Positions 42,327 through 53,207 of a stretch of DNA of 64,000 bases are shown one piece after another (within the stretch, counting starts at the first letter, position 1; every line of letters begins with the position of its first letter). This DNA is from an uncultured Alphaproteobacteria bacterium (GTDB lineage: Bacteria > Pseudomonadota > Alphaproteobacteria > Sphingomonadales > Sphingomonadaceae). The DNA is taken from assembly GCA_963827675.1 (NCBI GenBank), contig CAWHBP010000008.1, forward strand, positions 381,088-445,087, read 5' to 3'. The translations under genes were made by a program, and so were the position numbers. The notes beneath the pieces are model-generated. The model was not told the DNA's origin. It saw only the letters and a program-made list of their open reading frames with translations, and made no database searches.

Positions 42327-44303
42327 ATGGCGACGACTGAAGCGGGTCTGCGCGCGGGCGATAGTGTCAGGGAATTGACGATCCGGGGAATTATCCTCGG
42401 TGCGCTGATTACCGTCATCTTCACCGCCGCGAACGTCTACCTGGGCCTGCGGATCGGCATCACCTTCGCCACCTCCATCCCGGCCGCCGTCATCTCAATG
42501 GCGGTCCTCAAGGCGTTCCGCGATTCGACGATTCAGGAAAACAACATCGTCCAGACGATTGCTTCGGCGGCAGGAACGCTGTCAGCGATCATCTTCGTTC
42601 TGCCTGGCCTGGTCATGGTCGGCTGGTGGACCGGCTTTCCATTCTGGATTTCGGTCGCCGTCATTGCCATCGGCGGCGTTCTTGGCGTCATGTATTCCGT
42701 TCCGCTCCGTCGAGCGCTCGTGACGGGTTCGGACCTCCCCTATCCGGAGGGGGTCGCAGCGGCCGAAGTTCTCAAGGTCGGTGCAGGGGTCGGAGGCGCC
42801 GAGGAAAATCGCCGCGGACTGAACATGATCCTCGGCAGCTCGATCGTCTCCGCCCTGTTCGCGGCCGTGGCCCAGACCCGCGTGCTTGTGGCCGAGGTCG
42901 CCCGGGCGTTTCCGCTCGGCGGCGGCGCGACCGCTGCTTCGGCGAGCTTGTCCATGGCGTTGATCGGTGTCGGCCATCTGGTTGGGATCACGGTCGGCAT
43001 CGCAATGCTCATCGGCATGCTCATCAGCTGGGGCATCTTGGTCCCTTGGCAGACGTCGCTGGCCGGCCTGCCCGCTGGAGAGCTCGAAGACTTTGTGAAC
43101 ACAGTCTTCCGGGAGAAGGTCCGCTTCATCGGTGCGGGGACGATTGGCGTCGCCGCGATCTGGACCCTGTTGCGCATCCTGGGCCCCATCGTCTCTGGCA
43201 TACGCGCGGCGTTGGTTGCGAATCGCGAGCGACGCGCAGGCCGGGCGGAAGGGCTGGCGCTCACCGAACGGGATATTCCGATCTCGATCGTCGCAGGCAT
43301 CATCCTGATCTCGATGCTGCCGATCGGGGCACTGCTCTACGCATTCGCCGATACGAACCCGATCGCTGCCAACCCCACGGGCACGCTCGCGCTCAGCGTC
43401 CTCTACATTCTGTTCGCCGGCGTCGTCATCGCCGCAGTCTGCGGCTACATGGCTGGTCTTATCGGTGCCTCGAACAGCCCAATTTCGGGCGTTGGCATTC
43501 TGTCGGTGCTCGGCATTTCGCTGATCCTGGCGGCGCTCTTCCCGGCTGTCGACGCAGACCTGACAAAGAGCCTGGTGGCCTTCGCCTTGTTCGTTACGGC
43601 GGTCGTGTTCGGCGTCGCGACGATCTCCAACGACAACCTGCAGGACCTCAAGACCGGCCAGCTTGTCGGCGCGACGCCCTGGCGCCAGCAGGTGGCGTTA
43701 GTACTCGGCGTCCTGTTCGGGGCCGTCGTCATCCCGCCGATCCTGACATTGCTCAACGACGCCTTCGGATTCCAAGGTGCCCCTGGTGCGGGCCCGAACG
43801 CACTTGCGGCCCCGCAGGCCGCATTGATCTCCGCGATTGCGCAGGGAGTCCTCGGCGGCAACCTCGATTGGGGCCTGATCGGCCTCGGCGCCGCGATTGG
43901 TGTCGTTGTCGTAATCGCCGACGAGCTGCTGCGCGCCTCCAAGAAGGGAGCACTCCCGCCGCTCGCGGTCGGGATGGGGATCTACCTGCCGATGGCCCTG
44001 ACGCTGCTTATCCCGCTCGGTGCGCTCCTTGGCTGGCTTTACGACAAATGGGCAGCGCGGAGCTCGAGCCCCGTGTTCGCGGAACGGCTGGGCGTGTTGA
44101 TGGCGACTGGTCTGATCGTGGGCGAGAGCCTGTTCGGCGTCGCCTTTGCCGGGATCGTCGCAGGAAGCGGCGGCGATGCGCCGCTGGCGCTGGTGGAGGA
44201 GTTCGGCTGGGCAGTGCCGCTCAGCGTACTGGTCTTCGCTGCCGCAGTCCTTGGGCTCTACGCAAGGACGCGTGGCAAGGCTGCCGAACCGCTAGCTGCC
44301 TAG
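42327..44303 (+). CDS. OPT-family oligopeptide transporter
   Basis: ELTIRG, ENNIVQTIASA, YPEGVAAAEVL, DNLQDLKTG. Confidence 0.96.
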   Translation: MATTEAGLRAGDSVRELTIRGIILGALITVIFTAANVYLGLRIGITFATSIPAAVISMAVLKAFRDSTIQENNIVQTIASAAGTLSAIIFVLPGLVMVGWWTGFPFWISVAVIAIGGVLGVMYSVPLRRALVTGSDLPYPEGVAAAEVLKVGAGVGGAEENRRGLNMILGSSIVSALFAAVAQTRVLVAEVARAFPLGGGATAASASLSMALIGVGHLVGITVGIAMLIGMLISWGILVPWQTSLAGLPAGELEDFVNTVFREKVRFIGAGTIGVAAIWTLLRILGPIVSGIRAALVANRERRAGRAEGLALTERDIPISIVAGIILISMLPIGALLYAFADTNPIAANPTGTLALSVLYILFAGVVIAAVCGYMAGLIGASNSPISGVGILSVLGISLILAALFPAVDADLTKSLVAFALFVTAVVFGVATISNDNLQDLKTGQLVGATPWRQQVALVLGVLFGAVVIPPILTLLNDAFGFQGAPGAGPNALAAPQAALISAIAQGVLGGNLDWGLIGLGAAIGVVVVIADELLRASKKGALPPLAVGMGIYLPMALTLLIPLGALLGWLYDKWAARSSSPVFAERLGVLMATGLIVGESLFGVAFAGIVAGSGGDAPLALVEEFGWAVPLSVLVFAAAVLGLYARTRGKAAEPLAA

Positions 44304-45302
44304 CACGTCGCGCCGTAGCGCTGCCGGGGCCCACGGCTTGGCCCCGGTCTCGGCCCAACGCACCAGTCGCACTATGGCGCGGTTGATCGGCGCATCGACG
44401 CCGACCCGCTTCCCGAGGGCGACCAGCTCGCCGTTGATGTAATCGACTTCAGTCTTCCGGCCCGCGGCGAGGTCGTCGGCCATCGACGATCGCGCTCGCT
44501 CGTCGATCTTCCACGCCTTCAGGAAGACGGTGTTGAACAGCCAGTCTGGCGATCCGATCGCCAGCGGAAGCAGCGCGGGCGGTAGCGAACCGACCTTGGC
44601 AGGGCGGATTCGGGCGCGCTTGAGGAGGCGCAGTCCCTCACGCTGCGATGCGGCCACCACGCGGCGATAATCATGCTCGCGCAATTGTTCGAGGAGCGGC
44701 TTGCCCGACAGCGCGTTCACCGCATTGTTGAGATTGATGAGCAGCTTGCCCCAGGCCATGCCTGCCATATCCTTGGACAGCGCGAGCGCCGCAGGCCCTC
44801 TGCCGACCGCTTCTGACAGCGCTCGCGTCGCAGGCAGGTCGTCGGCATAGAGCTTGCCCGCGACGCCTTTGTGGAAATGCCCGCCGCCGAGATAGGCGAC
44901 GTTGAAGGGCACCATGCCACGCACAACCTGCACCCAGTCGCCGAGCTCGTTGCGAAGCACGTCGAGATTGCTGATGCCGTTCTGGAAGCTGATGACCAGC
45001 GCGCCTCTGCGCCCATGCGCCGCGATCTCGCGCGCGGCCTGCTCCGTAGTCCCACTCTTGACGGTCACCGCGATCACGTCGGCCTGCGCGAGCGCGCTCG
45101 CCTCAGTCCGATAATCTACGTCGCTGAGACGTGTCTCCCAACCGCGAGAGTCACTCAGGGTCAGGCCGTGGGCGGCAATGTCCTGGCCGATGGCTTCCCG
45201 ACCGATGAAGGTGACCGGAAGCCCCGCCGCATGCCAGTAGCCGCCGATGAAGCAGCCGACCGACCCCGCGCCGAGGATTGCGATCCGTGGGCTGTCAGCC
45301 AC
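44292..45302 (-). CDS. 2-dehydropantoate 2-reductase family
   Basis: GAGSVG, VTVKS, SFQNG, WGKLLIN, SSMADD...TEVDYING. Confidence 0.9.
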   Translation of the reverse strand: MADSPRIAILGAGSVGCFIGGYWHAAGLPVTFIGREAIGQDIAAHGLTLSDSRGWETRLSDVDYRTEASALAQADVIAVTVKSGTTEQAAREIAAHGRRGALVISFQNGISNLDVLRNELGDWVQVVRGMVPFNVAYLGGGHFHKGVAGKLYADDLPATRALSEAVGRGPAALALSKDMAGMAWGKLLINLNNAVNALSGKPLLEQLREHDYRRVVAASQREGLRLLKRARIRPAKVGSLPPALLPLAIGSPDWLFNTVFLKAWKIDERARSSMADDLAAGRKTEVDYINGELVALGKRVGVDAPINRAIVRLVRWAETGAKPWAPAALRRDVLGS

Positions 45303-45741
45303 GGCCACGATAGGGCGCGACGCCCTGGTCGGGGAGCCAAAGGCCTTCGGGCGGGGGCCCGGACTGCCAGAACACGTCGATCGGCATGCCTCCACGAGGG
45401 TACCAATAGCCGCCGATCCTCAGCCACCGGGGCTTCATCTCGTCCACGAGCCGCTGGCCGATTCCGACGGTCACGTCCTCATGGAAGCCGCAATGGTTGC
45501 GGAAGGCGCCGAGGAACAGCTTCAGGCTCTTGCTCTCGACGATCGTCTCGCCTGGCGCATAGTCGATCACGAGATGCGCAAAATCTGGCTGGCCGGTCAC
45601 CGGGCACAGGGACGTGAACTCCGGGGCCGCAAATCGTACCAAGTACAGCGCGCCAGGCCGCGGGTTGGGCACATAGTCGAGCACCGCCTCTTCGGGCGAG
45701 GCGGGCAGGGCGCTGGTCTGGCCGAGGTGACGCGTCTCCAT
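45295..45741 (-). CDS. queF: preQ0 reductase
   Basis: [30 protein letters not shown]. Confidence 0.97.
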   Translation of the reverse strand: METRHLGQTSALPASPEEAVLDYVPNPRPGALYLVRFAAPEFTSLCPVTGQPDFAHLVIDYAPGETIVESKSLKLFLGAFRNHCGFHEDVTVGIGQRLVDEMKPRWLRIGGYWYPRGGMPIDVFWQSGPPPEGLWLPDQGVAPYRGRG

Positions 45742-45788
45742 CGTCCGCGAACTAGCAGGAGAGGGTTTACAAGCCTATCCTTCCGCCG

Positions 45789-46616
45789 ATGGACAGCCTC
45801 GTTTCGACCGAATGGCTTGCCGCCCATCTCGGCGAAGTCGCGATCGTCGACGCCAGCTGGCACATGCCGGCGAGCGGACGGAGCGGCCGGCAGGAGTTCC
45901 AAGCGGCGCATATTCCGGGCGCCCGCTTCCTCGACATCGATGAAGTCAGCGACCGTGCGAACCCCGCGCCGCACATGCTGCCGAGCGCGGAGCAATTCGG
46001 CCGGGCCATGGAGGACTTGGGGATAGCCAGAGAAGATCGCGTCGTGGTCTATGACAATTCGCCGACAAGAAACGCGGCGCGGGGGTGGTTCATGTTTCGC
46101 CACTTCGGCGTCCGCGACGTAGCGATCCTCGATGGCGGATTTCAGAAATGGGTCGCCGAGCAGCGGCCGGTCGAGAGTGGCGATCCGCAGCTGCGCCACG
46201 TCGACTTCGAAGCCGATGAGAACCGCCACGAGATCGTCACCAAGCAGGCGATCCTCTGCGGAAATCACGATCCGCTACTCGACGCTCGCGGCAGACCCCG
46301 GTTCGAAGGGAGCGAGGCAGATCCTCGCCCCGGCGTAGCTGCCGGACATATCCCCGGAGCGCGCAATTTGCCCTTCGCCGCGCTGTACCGCGACGATGGG
46401 ACCTTCAAGCCCGTTGAGGAGATTCGGCAATTGTTCGCCGACGCCGGCATCGATCCGGCCAAGCCATTCATTGCGACCTGCGGCTCGGGCGTGACGGCCA
46501 ATAGCCTGATCTTCGCAGCGCATCTGCTCGGGCACGATAGCGGCCGGCTCTACGACGGGAGCTGGAGCGAGTGGGGTGCGGATCCTGCCACGCCGAAGGC
46601 GCTGGGCCCGGCCTAG
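45789..46616 (+). CDS. sseA: 3-mercaptopyruvate sulfurtransferase (tandem rhodanese)
   Basis: HIPGA twice, CGSGVTA active loop, LYDGSWSEW. Confidence 0.92.
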   Translation: MDSLVSTEWLAAHLGEVAIVDASWHMPASGRSGRQEFQAAHIPGARFLDIDEVSDRANPAPHMLPSAEQFGRAMEDLGIAREDRVVVYDNSPTRNAARGWFMFRHFGVRDVAILDGGFQKWVAEQRPVESGDPQLRHVDFEADENRHEIVTKQAILCGNHDPLLDARGRPRFEGSEADPRPGVAAGHIPGARNLPFAALYRDDGTFKPVEEIRQLFADAGIDPAKPFIATCGSGVTANSLIFAAHLLGHDSGRLYDGSWSEWGADPATPKALGPA

Positions 46617-46972
46617 CTCAGGATCAGGCTCGAAACCTTCTCGAGTTCGCCGCGGATCTGGTCGACCAGCGCCTTGCTTGCCTCGGCGTGCGGCTGGTTT
46701 CCGCGCTGGCGCTCGTCGAGCAAAGCCTCGACACCCGCCGCGGTGGCTCCGACGAGTTGCGCCGAGCGGCTTCCGAACAGGCGGCGCCTGACGTCTCCGG
46801 CGTCTTCCCAGGCAGCGGCGATCGCACCATCGTCATCGAGGTCCGGAGCCGGCCCTGCACCGTGCGGATCGACGAGCCGCAGCGCCTGCCGCACGCTCGC
46901 GAGCCTGGAGACGGCTTCGGAATAGGCCTGAGGCCTGGAATCCGTTGCCGAGTCTGGAAACAAGTGCAGCAT
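46613..46972 (-). CDS. Hypothetical protein (119 aa)
   Basis: Helical ORF from ATG 46972, convergent with sseA. Confidence 0.7.
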   Translation of the reverse strand: MLHLFPDSATDSRPQAYSEAVSRLASVRQALRLVDPHGAGPAPDLDDDGAIAAAWEDAGDVRRRLFGSRSAQLVGATAAGVEALLDERQRGNQPHAEASKALVDQIRGELEKVSSLILS

Positions 46973-46996
46973 TGCCCCGGGCTAAGCGAGGCAAGG

Positions 46997-47011
46997 CTAA
47001 AAAAGGCTTAA
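46997..47011 (-). promoter_or_regulatory. CtrA-box-like site
   Basis: Minus strand TTAA-GCCTTTT-TTAG (N7 spacing), followed by GCTTAGC -10-like element and ATG 46972. Confidence 0.55.
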
Positions 47012-47559
47012 GCCCCGCTCTTCTCGTCGATGTCGCGCAGGATCCAGCCGCGCTGCGGGATCGTCTCAATGAACTCAGCCCCGCCGCTCGCATTGCGCAG
47101 CTTCTTGCGGAGCTTCGAGATGAACACGTCGATGATCTTCGGCTGCGGCTGGTCGTCGGAGCGGCGGTACAGATGCTTCAGCAGCATCTGGCGCGTCACG
47201 ACGTTGTTCCGCGCGAAAGCGAGCAGCTCAAGCACGCGATATTCCATCTCGGTGATGCCGATCGGATGGCTATCGATGCGGATCAGGCGCTGCACCTGGT
47301 CGACCGACAGCCGGCCACCGCAAAGCGATTCCGGCATCTCGCCGCCGGTCGCCTTGAGCGAAGCCAGGAGCCGCGAAGCGACCTCCTCGCTGTCTTCCGG
47401 CGAAGAGCTGCCCGGCGAGCCGATCAGCGCCTGCTGCAGTTCGCCCAGGATCTTGTGGGCCTCATCGACGAGGCGCGTACCTTCCTCGAACCGGCGGCGC
47501 GACCGGTCGAGCATGGATTCGACCTCAACGAGGCGTGCGGAAACGGTTTGCTCTGCCAT
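47008..47559 (-). CDS. OmpR-type winged-helix protein, CtrA-like DNA-binding domain without receiver
   Basis: PQPKIIDVFISKLRKKLRNASGG..IET..RG.ILRD resembles CtrA; N-terminal half is helical, not a receiver. Confidence 0.85.
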   Translation of the reverse strand: MAEQTVSARLVEVESMLDRSRRRFEEGTRLVDEAHKILGELQQALIGSPGSSSPEDSEEVASRLLASLKATGGEMPESLCGGRLSVDQVQRLIRIDSHPIGITEMEYRVLELLAFARNNVVTRQMLLKHLYRRSDDQPQPKIIDVFISKLRKKLRNASGGAEFIETIPQRGWILRDIDEKSGA

Positions 47560-47585
47560 CTATCGTCTGCTCCCCCCGCCGCGAT

Positions 47586-47975
47586 TCACTGCGCGGAAGC
47601 GATGTTGGTGCTGTTGGATTGCGCCTGCAAGAGCGTCACGGTCGCTGGCCCCTTGTCGACGATACGCATGTCCGGATTCCACAGGCTCGAACGGATACCG
47701 AGCTGCGCGTCGCTGCGGCCGGCGGCGTCGAGCATGCTCGTTTCGGCGGCGCTGCGCGGTGCAGGGCCGCCGAACAAGGCATCGACGGCCTGCTGCTGAG
47801 CTTCGCCGGCGGTGAGGCCGGCCGTGCCGGCCACAGGCGGCGCAAGATTGAAGTCGGGCGGAACGATCAGCGGCGCGTTGCGCGCGACCGCGAACTCGTC
47901 CGGCGCCCTGCGCGTTGCGCAGCCCGCCGTGGCGACGGCGGCAAGCAGCACAGCGGCGGTAATGGCTTTACGCAT
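47586..47975 (-). CDS. DUF3035 lipoprotein
   Basis: Lipobox TAGC; PDEFAVARNAPLIVPPDFNL; downstream of lspA. Confidence 0.88.
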   Translation of the reverse strand: MRKAITAAVLLAAVATAGCATRRAPDEFAVARNAPLIVPPDFNLAPPVAGTAGLTAGEAQQQAVDALFGGPAPRSAAETSMLDAAGRSDAQLGIRSSLWNPDMRIVDKGPATVTLLQAQSNSTNIASAQ

Positions 47976-48471
47976 GTTCGATAGTCTCCTCAGGTTCCTC
48001 CTTACGAGTGAGGAGGGCCCGCAGCAACAGGATCACGACGGCAATGCTAATCGCCGCGTCTCCGACATTGAATATCAAAAATGGCCGGAACTCGCCAAAA
48101 TGCAGGTCGGCGAAGTCGACAACATAGCCGTGGCGCGCGCGGTCCATGATGTTGCCGAGCGCCCCGCCGAGCACCATCCCGAGCGCGATCTGGTCGATCC
48201 GGTCCTTTTCGCGCCCGATCCACACCGCTACGCCGATGGCGATAGCGGAGGTCAGTGCGACCAGCATCCAGCGGCCAGTCTCCGTGGTGGCGTTGAGCAG
48301 GCCGAGCGAGATCCCGTTGTTTTCCGTGTAGGTGAAGTTGAAGATCGGCAGCAAAGTCAGCTGGTCCCCGTGCTGATTGATGCCGAGCGGGCCGGTGACG
48401 ATCCACTTGGTCAGCTGGTCGAGCGCGAGGACGATCAGCGCGACGAGGAAGCCGAGGCGGCGCGTTCTCAT
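47968..48471 (-). CDS. lspA: Lipoprotein signal peptidase II
   Basis: DQLTKW, NNGISLG, GGALGNIMDR, VVDF, FNVGD. Confidence 0.96.
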   Translation of the reverse strand: MRTRRLGFLVALIVLALDQLTKWIVTGPLGINQHGDQLTLLPIFNFTYTENNGISLGLLNATTETGRWMLVALTSAIAIGVAVWIGREKDRIDQIALGMVLGGALGNIMDRARHGYVVDFADLHFGEFRPFLIFNVGDAAISIAVVILLLRALLTRKEEPEETIEHA

Positions 48472-48625
48472 CGTGCGTGGCACCCGCCAAAGTTCGCAAA
48501 CTTCACAGGCCTACGCGTGCACGCGCGGGACGCGGCCGGCGCCGCTGCGATAAACTGTGAAGTCGCGACCCGGTTGTTCATGCCGGCGATGATGCACATC
48601 GCGCCGGCTGTAGGACAGCGCTTCT

Positions 48626-51578
48626 TCAGCCATTGAGCACCTCTTCGCAGCGATGATCGAGCGCGCCGTCCGCCGGAACCTCGGGCAGGAAGCGCCAGCA
48701 GCGCCCGCATTTGTGATTGCTCGTCTTGGTCACCGTGGAGCGCATCGCACTTCGAGCACTCTCTGGATGTTGATCGATCTGACGCTCCGGCAATGAAAAG
48801 CTCGCCAAGCATCTGCGTCCTGAATGCCTGAAGCGTAACGCCGTGCCATTCAAGCAAACGGTACCAAGCGATACGAACTTCAGCTTCCAGGCTTGATCCG
48901 ACAACCTTCTCCCGCCGGAGCGGCTCGATTGCTCCAAGATGTCCGAGCTCCGCGAGCTAACACAATACGAGCTGCATCTTCAGAGAGAGTCAGCTTCGTG
49001 CCGCTCGAGAGTCTGGCCATTCGAGAAGGTGCACCGATCCGCCTGTCCGGATAGCGCGTGCCCCACACTTCCTCCGTCGTGAACACGAGCACCGGCGCCA
49101 GCCAGCGCACGAGCGCGTGGAACAGGGTGTCGAGCACCGTCCGGTACGCGCGCCGCCGCTCGGTCTGGAAGCCCGTCTCCGGGTTCACCTCGCAGTAGAG
49201 GACGTCCTTGCGGATATCGAAGTAGAAGGCCGACAGGTCCTCGTTGCAGAAATCGCTCAGCGCGCGGACGTAGGTCGTTGAAGTCGAAATCATTGACCGC
49301 GTTGCGCAGCTTGGCGTCGAGCTGGGCCGTCAGGTGGAGCATGTAGCGCTCCAGCTCGGGCATCGCGTCGATGCCGACCCGCTCGTCCTCGCTGAACCCG
49401 TCGAGCGCACCGAGCAGGTAGCGGAAGGTGTTGCGGAGCTTGCGATACTGGTCCGCGACGCCGGCCAGGATCTCCTTCCCGATCCGGTGATCCTCGGTGA
49501 AGTCGACCGACAGCGCCCACAGCCGCAGGATGTCCGCGCCATAATCGCGCATCAGGTCGAGCGGGTTGATCGTGTTGCCCAGGCTCTTGGACATCTTCAT
49601 GCCCTTGGAATCCATGGTGAAGCCGTGGGTCAGGACCGCGTCATAGGGTGCGCGCCCGCGCGTCCCGCAGCTTTCCAGCAGCGACGACTGGAACCAGCCG
49701 CGGTGCTGGTCACTGCCTTCGAGATAGAGGTCGGCGGGCCAGCGCTCCTCGGGCCAGTGGCCGCTCTCCAGCGTGAAGACGTGCGTGCAGCCGCTGTCGA
49801 ACCAGACGTCGAGAATGTCGGTGACCATCTCGTAATCGTCGGGGTCGCGATTGCCGAGGAAGTGCGCGGCATTCTCCGGGGCCCAGGCGTCGACGCCCTC
49901 CGCATGGACCGCATCGACAATGCGCTTGTTCACTTCGCGGTCGACCAGAAGCTCGCCGCTCTTGCGGTCGACGAAGAGCGCGATCGGGACGCCCCAGGCG
50001 CGCTGGCGGCTGATCACCCAGTCGGGCCGCTGCTCGACCATCGAGCCGAGGCGGTTGCGGCCCTTTTCCGGAACGAAGCGCGTCGCGGCGATGGCGTTCA
50101 TGGCCAGCTGGCGGAGCGTTGCGCCTTCGCCCTGATCGGGATCGGCGCCGCCCTCATTGTCCCAGCGCTGCTCGCCGCGCGTCTCGGGCGAGAATTGCGC
50201 CAGCGGCCGGTCCATGGCGATGAACCATTGCGGGGTGCAGCGGTAGATGACCTTGGCCTTCGACCGCCACGAATGCGGGTAGCTGTGCTTGAAGTCGGCG
50301 CTTGCCGCGAGCAGGCCGCCGGCCTCGCGCAGGTCCGAGCAGATCGGCCCGTCCGGCGCGTTGAACTTGGCGTTGATGACGCTGCCCTGGCCGCCGAGCC
50401 ACAGCCAGTCGGGCGCGGTACATGCCGCCCGCATCGACCGCGAACACCGGGTCGATGCCGTTCGCGCGGCACAGCTCGAAATCGTCCTCGCCATGGTCGG
50501 GCGCCATGTGGACGAGGCCCGTGCCCTGATCGGTGGTGACGAAATCGCCGGGCAGGAACGGGCGCGGCTTGGCGAAGAAGCCGCCGAGCTTGTGCATCGG
50601 GTGACGGGCGATGGTGCCGGCGAGGTCGGAGCCCCTACCTTCCCAAACAATCTGTTGGCCTTCGGTGGTTTGTTTGCCTCGCTTCAAGGCTTCGTTTGCG
50701 AGCTGCTTGGCGACGAGAATGGTCTCACCGGACCAAGGTGAGATTGATGGCCCTTCGAAGAAGCTGTGGACCATGCGGTAAGCAACGTATTCAACGTCCG
50801 GCCCGTACGCTATTCCCTGGTTGACCGGGATCGTCCACGGCGTCGTCGTCCAGATCACCGCATGAGCGCCGACCAGTTCTTGGATTGGACTCTCAACGAT
50901 CTCGAACGCGACATCGATCTGCGTCGAGACGATGTCCTCATATTCGATCTCCGCCTCGGCCAGCGCGGTCTTCTCGACCGGCGACCACATCACCGGCTTG
51001 GCGCCGCGGTAGAGCTGGCCGGTCTCGGCGAACTTGAACAGCTCGGAGACAATCGTCCCTTCCGCGTGGAAGTTCATCGTCAGGTACGGCTTGTCCCACT
51101 GCGCGCTGATCCCGAGCCGCTTCAGCTGCTCGCGCTGGGTGTCCACCCAATGCTGCGCATAGGCGCGGCACTCGGCGCGGAATTCCTTCGCCGGGACCTC
51201 GTCCTTGTTGAGCTTCTTCTTGCGATACTGTTCCTCGACCTTCCACTCGATGGGAAGGCCGTGGCAGTCCCAGCCGGGCACGTAGGGTGCATCCTTGCCC
51301 AGCAAAGTCTGCGTGCGGACGACCATGTCCTTCAGCGTGTGGTTGAGGGCATGGCCGATGTGGATGTCGCCGTTCGCGTAGGGCGGGCCGTCGTGGAAGA
51401 TGAACTTCTCGCGGCCTTCGCGGGCACGGCGGATCTGCTGGTACAGGCCTTCGCTTTCCCAGCGCTCGGCGATCGCCGGCTCCTTCTGCGGCAGGCCGGC
51501 CTTCATCGGGAAGTCGGTCTTGGGCAGGAAGACGGTCGAGCGGTAGTCGGTCTTGGTGGTTTCGGGGGCGTCGGCCAT
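48626..51578 (-). CDS. ileS: Isoleucine--tRNA ligase type 1 (frameshifted)
   Basis: HDGPPYANGDIHIGH, WTTTPWT, DWVISRQR, KMSKS, C-terminal KCGRCW. Confidence 0.96.
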
Positions 51579-51623
51579 TGGCGCGGGCTCTAGCGGTCAC
51601 TCATCAGATTGCAAATTAGGGGC

Positions 51624-52553
51624 TTAGTCGAGCGCGAGCAGGTGGCGCGCCTTCGCCTCATCCTCTTTCATATGGGCAATCAGCGGCTCGATTCCATCGA
51701 AGCGCTTCTCTTCGCGGATGTAGGCGTGGAGCGCGACCTCGATCGTCTGGCCGTAGAGGTCGCCGTCGAACTCGAAGAGATGGGCCTCGAGCAGCTCCTG
51801 CGGCGGCTCGAAGGTCGGGCGCACGCCGAGGTTCGCGACCCCCGGGAATTCGCGCCCGTCCTCCAGCGTCACGCGCACCGCGTAGATGCCGTACTTCGGC
51901 CGCTGATAGTCGCTGAGCTGCAGGTTCGCGGTCGGATAGCCGAGCTCCCGCCCACGCTGGTCGCCGCGCTCGACGACGCCCGCGATCGCATAGTCGCGGC
52001 TCAGCAGGTGCGTGGCATGGCCAATGTCGCCGGCTACGAGGCTCTCGCGAATGCGGCCCGAGGAGACGCGCTCGCCGTCGATCAGCACAGGGGCCACCGC
52101 CTCGGTGATGATGCCGGAATAAGCACCGAGCGCGTTCAGAACCTCGACGTTTCCGCTCCGTCCCTTGCCGAAGCTGAAATCGTCGCCGGTGACCACGCCC
52201 GCCGCGCCGAGCTTGCCAGAGAGCAGCCGCGTGACGAACTCCTCTGCGCTCGTCTCGCGCAGCTTCTCGTTGAACTCGAACACCAGCATCGCATCGGCGC
52301 CGGCGTGAGCGAACTGCCGCTCCCGCTGGTCGAGCGTGGTGAGGCGGAACGGCGTGACGTCGGGCTTGAAGTAGCGGACGGGATGGGGCTCGAAGGTCGC
52401 GACGATCGCCGGCCGCCGTTCGTGGAAGGCGCGCTGCACGGCCCGCCCGACCACCGCCTGGTGGCCGAGGTGAAATCCGTCAAAATTGCCGAGGGCGACG
52501 ATGCTCCCCTTCAGGTCGTCGGGGATGCCGCCGTCGAGGGTAAGGCGCTGCAT
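51624..52553 (-). CDS. ribF: Riboflavin kinase/FAD synthetase
   Basis: GNFDGFHLGH, SSGRIR, GRELGYPTAN, GVRPTF. Confidence 0.97.
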   Translation of the reverse strand: MQRLTLDGGIPDDLKGSIVALGNFDGFHLGHQAVVGRAVQRAFHERRPAIVATFEPHPVRYFKPDVTPFRLTTLDQRERQFAHAGADAMLVFEFNEKLRETSAEEFVTRLLSGKLGAAGVVTGDDFSFGKGRSGNVEVLNALGAYSGIITEAVAPVLIDGERVSSGRIRESLVAGDIGHATHLLSRDYAIAGVVERGDQRGRELGYPTANLQLSDYQRPKYGIYAVRVTLEDGREFPGVANLGVRPTFEPPQELLEAHLFEFDGDLYGQTIEVALHAYIREEKRFDGIEPLIAHMKEDEAKARHLLALD

Positions 52554-52591
52554 TGCAGGCGGCCTTATCGGCGCGGCCCGCCTTGGGCAAA

Positions 52592-53026
52592 TCAGTGCGT
52601 CGGGAGGTCCCGCTTCACGAGGCGATACTCATGCCAGGCGAGCGCCATGACGATCACGTCGAGCAGGCTGAGCACGATCAGGCCGGGGTCGCGCACGTAG
52701 ACGAAGCGCTGGATCTGATAGGCGATAAACAGGCTGAGGACGGCGAAGGTCGCCGGATAGGCCCACAGCCTCTCGCGCATCAGGCCCCAGACGACTACCA
52801 GGTTCGCGATGCCGTGGGTCAGCAGGTAGAAGGCGTAATAATGATGCTCGTTGGGCGTGAAGTGGCTGGCGAACCCGTCGTGCCGGTCGACGCGATAGAG
52901 CAGGCGCAGGATCGAATCGGTGCTGAACAGGCTGAGCGCGATCCCGCCGGCGATCTCGGCCAAAGCGTGCAGGCCCTTGAGCGCGATGCTGACGCGGAAT
53001 AAGCGGCGGATGCTGGCTTCACGCAT
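52592..53026 (-). CDS. DUF2127 membrane protein
   Basis: LFRVSIALKG..A..E..G, YLLTHG, LWAYP, YQI.R. Confidence 0.8.
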   Translation of the reverse strand: MREASIRRLFRVSIALKGLHALAEIAGGIALSLFSTDSILRLLYRVDRHDGFASHFTPNEHHYYAFYLLTHGIANLVVVWGLMRERLWAYPATFAVLSLFIAYQIQRFVYVRDPGLIVLSLLDVIVMALAWHEYRLVKRDLPTH

Positions 53027-53207
53027 GTTTTTCCAACAAGCCCGCCGCCTTGACTCGCGCAAGTGCAAATCCTATCTGCGCTCTATCCCGATCCACCGGT
53101 CTCCGGCGGCGCATTCGTGCGCGCGTCGGTTTTTTCGTTCGGATGCGGGACTTTCTAGCGACGAGATGGGGCGGTTGGCGCCCCGTGGAGCTGAAGAAGG
53201 ATAACGA

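Noticed and set aside
39445-44386. Long alternative-frame ORFs (e.g. 39445-41529 minus, 42626-44386 plus)
   Set aside because: Shadow ORFs of well-supported genes in high-GC DNA with Arg/Ala/Gly-rich composition.
48511-48633. 40-aa ORF (MAEEALSYSRRDVHH...) overlapping the ileS stop before lspA
   Set aside because: No recognisable motif and located in an error-prone region; cannot be supported as a gene.
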